From an uncultured delta proteobacterium (lineage in GTDB: Bacteria; Desulfobacterota; Binatia; JACPRU01): a stretch of 64,000 bases of DNA. Of the stretch, positions 61,008 to 64,000 are shown piece by piece. The translations under genes and the position numbers were made by a program. The DNA lies in contig CAVUWD010000011.1 in assembly GCA_963745025.1 (NCBI GenBank), positions 480,001 through 544,000 of the forward strand. The letters are read 5' to 3'. Each line of letters starts with the position of its first letter. Position 1 is the stretch's first letter. Below the pieces are notes generated by a model that worked only from the letters and a program-made list of their open reading frames with translations, was not told where the DNA came from and made no database searches.

Positions 61008-61299
61008 CGGCTTCCGGCTTCCGGCTACCGGCTACCGGCTTCAGCAAAGGATTCGAGGAGTAATGCCTCAGTTTCAGTACCAGCGCTCGCACCACTGGAT
61101 AGCGCGCTCGGTTTCGATCGGCGCGTACTCGAGCCGATCGAAACCGAGCGCAACCGCGCGTAAGCGCGGAAGACAAATAGCCCGCCGAATCAGTCTGTTG
61201 AGTTCAGCGCTTCGCGCGCTATTCGTATCCCCGAGCATCCTACGAAGACTGAGAGCCCTTACCTCGAGGAGTCTTCCCGTAGCCCGTAGCCTGGAGCCC
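61008..61299. repeat. Composite repeat region: heptamer arrays enclosing REP-like copy E
   Basis: (CGGCTWC)5 at 61008-61042; hairpin 61104-61151 (loop GCGTACTCGA) plus ACCGCGCGTAAGCGCGGAA; GTAGCC-type repeats at 61277-61299. Confidence 0.75.
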
Positions 61300-61307
61300 T
61301 CTCACCC

Positions 61308-62426
61308 ATGGCCACGGTAGATTTCGAGCACGTCGACAAGGCCTACGCGAGCGGTAGCCTCGCCGTCTCCGACTGCAACCTGCACATCGAAGACGGCGAG
61401 CTGATGGTGGTCGTCGGGCCGTCGGGGTGCGGAAAGTCGACGTTGCTCCGGCTCCTCGCCGGCCTCGAGGCCGTGAGCCGCGGCACGCTCCGCATCGGAG
61501 CGCGGGTGGTCAACGATCTCACCCCGCAAGAACGCAACGTGGCGATGGTGTTCCAGGATTACGCGCTGTATCCGCACCGCACGGTCGCGGGAAACCTGGA
61601 GTTCCCGCTGCGCATGCGAAGGCTCGCGCGCGATGAGATTCGCCGCCGCGTCGACTGGGCGGCGAACCTTCTCGGTCTTTCCGAAAAGCTCGCACGACTG
61701 CCGAAGCAGCTCTCGGGCGGCGAGCGCCAGCGAGTGGCCATGGGGCGGGCGCTCGTCCGCGAGCCGACCGTCTTCCTGCTCGACGAGCCGCTCTCGAACC
61801 TCGACGCCAAGCTTCGAGGCGAGATGCGTGCGGAGATCGCCGAGATACAGCAACGAACCGCGACGACGATGATGTACGTGACCCACGACCAGGTCGAAGC
61901 CATGACGCTCGGTCATCGCGTCACCGTGCTCGATCGCGGCCGCGTCCAGCAGATCGCACCACCGCGCGAGCTCTACGAGCGACCGGCGAACGTCTTCGTC
62001 GCCGGGTTCATCGGCAATCCGCCGATGAACCTCTTTCCGACGTCCGTCGCCGCCGACGACCGCGGCCGAACGCTGCTGGCCATCGCCGACCAAGCCGTGG
62101 CGCTCGCCCCGCGGGGCGAGCGAGCGGTCCTGCTCCATGAGCTGAGCGGCCGGCATCTGACGGCGGGCGTGCGCGCGGAGGCGCTACGGCTCGGCCCGAC
62201 CGAAGCCGGCGACGGCTCGATCCGCGGAATCGTCGAGCACACCGAGGCCCTCGGTCACGAGACCTTGACCGCCGTTCGCGTCGGCGACGGCTCCGGCGCG
62301 GCCGGTGGGGTACGCCTCATCGTCCGTCTGCCCGCCATCCAAGAGCTCGCCAAGGGCCGACCGATCGAGCTCTCGATCGACGCCGAGAGCGTCTACCTGT
62401 TCGACGAAGACGGCCGGACGCTCTGA
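61308..62426 (+). CDS. Carbohydrate ABC transporter ATPase (MalK/MsmK family)
   Basis: GPSGCGKST, LSGGERQR, LLDEPLSNLD, YVTHDQ and C-terminal TOBE-like region. Confidence 0.95.
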   Translation: MATVDFEHVDKAYASGSLAVSDCNLHIEDGELMVVVGPSGCGKSTLLRLLAGLEAVSRGTLRIGARVVNDLTPQERNVAMVFQDYALYPHRTVAGNLEFPLRMRRLARDEIRRRVDWAANLLGLSEKLARLPKQLSGGERQRVAMGRALVREPTVFLLDEPLSNLDAKLRGEMRAEIAEIQQRTATTMMYVTHDQVEAMTLGHRVTVLDRGRVQQIAPPRELYERPANVFVAGFIGNPPMNLFPTSVAADDRGRTLLAIADQAVALAPRGERAVLLHELSGRHLTAGVRAEALRLGPTEAGDGSIRGIVEHTEALGHETLTAVRVGDGSGAAGGVRLIVRLPAIQELAKGRPIELSIDAESVYLFDEDGRTL

Positions 62427-62490
62427 CCGCGGCAACCTCTGCGCGGCGGTTCTGCTTGGACGGGAAGGCCCGCCCTCGCCGGGCCCACGT

Positions 62491-64000
62491 TCAGCCCCCG
62501 CCCGTGGTCTTGGTCGCGGGTTCGGGCGGAGGCGTCGCTTCCGGGGCGGCGTTGGCGACGGGTGGAGGGGCCGGGGCGGAATCGAGCACCACGTTGGCGG
62601 GGAACTCGCTGATCATCGCCTCGTCCGCCGAGAAGCTCTGGATCGGCCTCCCGTTCACCCGCACCGACTGGAGCGGCCGATCGAGCGGCGGCCGGATGAC
62701 GATGTTGCCCGGCGGCATGCGGAGGTCGCCGGAGAGCTGGAGGCGCAACCGATCCGGGCCATCGCTCTCGAGCGTGTAGCTGAGCACTCCGAAGTACGTC
62801 GGCAATCGCTTGACCCCGACCGGGTGCCCCTCACCGAGCCACGCTCGCGGCACCCCTGCGGCGACGATGAGCGCGTGGTCGAACTCGCGCTCGTACGCGA
62901 ATAGAGTCCGCACCGCACGCACGAAGCTCGCACCCACCCAGGTGTGGGGCATGTCACCGATGAAGCTCGGCATCGTGGAATCTCGCCACACGATCTCTTG
63001 CCATTCGTTCCACCCCGTGGGTCGCTGATTTGCGAGCATGAAATCGAGCACGTCGAAGGCCTGCTGCCGTCGATCCAATCGCACCAGCGCTTCGGCGGTG
63101 CGAACCTCGTAGGGCGCGAACGCGTCCCAACCCTCCTCGCCGTCGCGCCGCTTGCGGAAGAAATCGTAGTACTCGTCGAACGTGCGTCGGAGCCCCGGCT
63201 TCGGCAGGTTTTCGAGCTCGCCCCCGGGATCGAGCGCGATCGCCGTCGAGCTCGGGTCGAAATCACCGAGCTCCACCGAGCCCGGCACGAAATCGATCGC
63301 GTGTTCCTCCATCGTGCGCGAGATCGACGCGTAGAGGTCGTCCCGAAAGGCGTCGCGCAGCTTCGCGAAGCTCTCGGCGTGCTCCTCGTCGTCCATGGCG
63401 ACCGCGAGGTGGGTTGCATCCTTGAAGGCGCGCAGCGCGAAGAAGTCGTCCCAGTACGAGTGGACGGGCCGGGAGGCGTAACCCTCGTGGCTGATCGATG
63501 CCGGCAGCAGGCCGAAGAATGCCTCCTTCCCCGGCGATCGATAGGTCTCCGTGGTGCGCAGACGACGTAGACCATCGAGATATTCGACCCCGCGCACGAC
63601 CCGCGGCCACATCTCGGTGAGGAAGCCGATGTCCCGGGTATAGCGGTAGACTTCTGCGACCCCATAGATGAACTCGCCCGTGCTGTCGTTCTCGGCCACC
63701 GGATCGGCGCCGCGCTGGTCCACGCAGCAGGGAATCTTGCCGTCGGCGAGCTGATACGGGGCGAACCACTCGAAAAACTCGCGCGGCTCCTGCGTGAATC
63801 CCATCTGCAGCAGCGCTGCCGACGTGAGTGCGCCGTCTCGGATCCAGGAGCGGGCATAATTGCGCGGTCCGGGCTGGAGACGAGGGCCGTCCCGATTGAT
63901 GAGGATGTAGGCGAGCGTGCTCTTCAGCACGCGCGCGATCCCCTCGCCTGCGGCGGGCAGCTCGAAGTCGACGTGCGCGAGCCGCCGTTTCCATCGTCGC
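62491..64000 (-). CDS. (alpha/alpha)6 glycoside hydrolase-like protein, 5'-partial
   Basis: PGPRNYARSWIRDG, SISHEGY, HSYWDDF, WNEWQE and GDMPHTW motifs; the ORF runs off the window end. Confidence 0.7.
   Translation of the reverse strand, partial: RRWKRRLAHVDFELPAAGEGIARVLKSTLAYILINRDGPRLQPGPRNYARSWIRDGALTSAALLQMGFTQEPREFFEWFAPYQLADGKIPCCVDQRGADPVAENDSTGEFIYGVAEVYRYTRDIGFLTEMWPRVVRGVEYLDGLRRLRTTETYRSPGKEAFFGLLPASISHEGYASRPVHSYWDDFFALRAFKDATHLAVAMDDEEHAESFAKLRDAFRDDLYASISRTMEEHAIDFVPGSVELGDFDPSSTAIALDPGGELENLPKPGLRRTFDEYYDFFRKRRDGEEGWDAFAPYEVRTAEALVRLDRRQQAFDVLDFMLANQRPTGWNEWQEIVWRDSTMPSFIGDMPHTWVGASFVRAVRTLFAYEREFDHALIVAAGVPRAWLGEGHPVGVKRLPTYFGVLSYTLESDGPDRLRLQLSGDLRMPPGNIVIRPPLDRPLQSVRVNGRPIQSFSADEAMISEFPANVVLDSAPAPPPVANAAPEATPPPEPATKTTGGG

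Noticed and set aside
742-61180. REP-like hairpins as CRISPR repeats, tRNAs or integron attC sites
   Set aside because: They are dispersed rather than arrayed, show no cloverleaf, and have no consistent RYYYAAC/GTTRRRY ends; no integrase is in the window.

Overview
High-GC bacterial chromosomal window. Gene content (F420-dependent LLM oxidoreductase, MepA, Aas fusion, OpgGH, Cys-rich secreted proteins) fits a Binatota/deltaproteobacterial-type genome, probably metagenome-assembled; the taxonomy is inference. About 50 CDSs; no rRNA, tRNA, CRISPR array or transposase recognised. Most notable: (1) An 11.7-26.5 kb locus. A pyrrolyl-carrier cassette (proline-type stand-alone A domain, carrier protein, prolyl-PCP-type dehydrogenase) is co-transcribed with an MBOAT-SGNH membrane acyltransferase instead of a PKS/NRPS. 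It lies beside a carrier-type flavin halogenase, a methyltransferase, a thioesterase and a glycosyltransferase/sulfotransferase block. This is a candidate Dlt/AlgIJ-like system for putting (halo)pyrrole-2-carbonyl groups on an extracellular glycan. (2) A dispersed intergenic repeat family of ~48-nt hairpins with variable, co-varying ~18-bp stems and a conserved CCGTACTCGG loop, plus three other small repeat families. (3) A decayed OsmC-like selenoprotein gene (in-frame UGA plus bSECIS-like hairpin) missed by the ORF track. (4) A giant Kelch/Cys-rich secreted protein with near-identical 198-bp repeats. (5) A lower-GC islet with a sigma54 promoter, bounded by a duplicated GST fragment. (6) A beta-1,2-glucan synthesis/turnover locus. 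Several frameshifts may be assembly errors. Start codons were chosen by eye.
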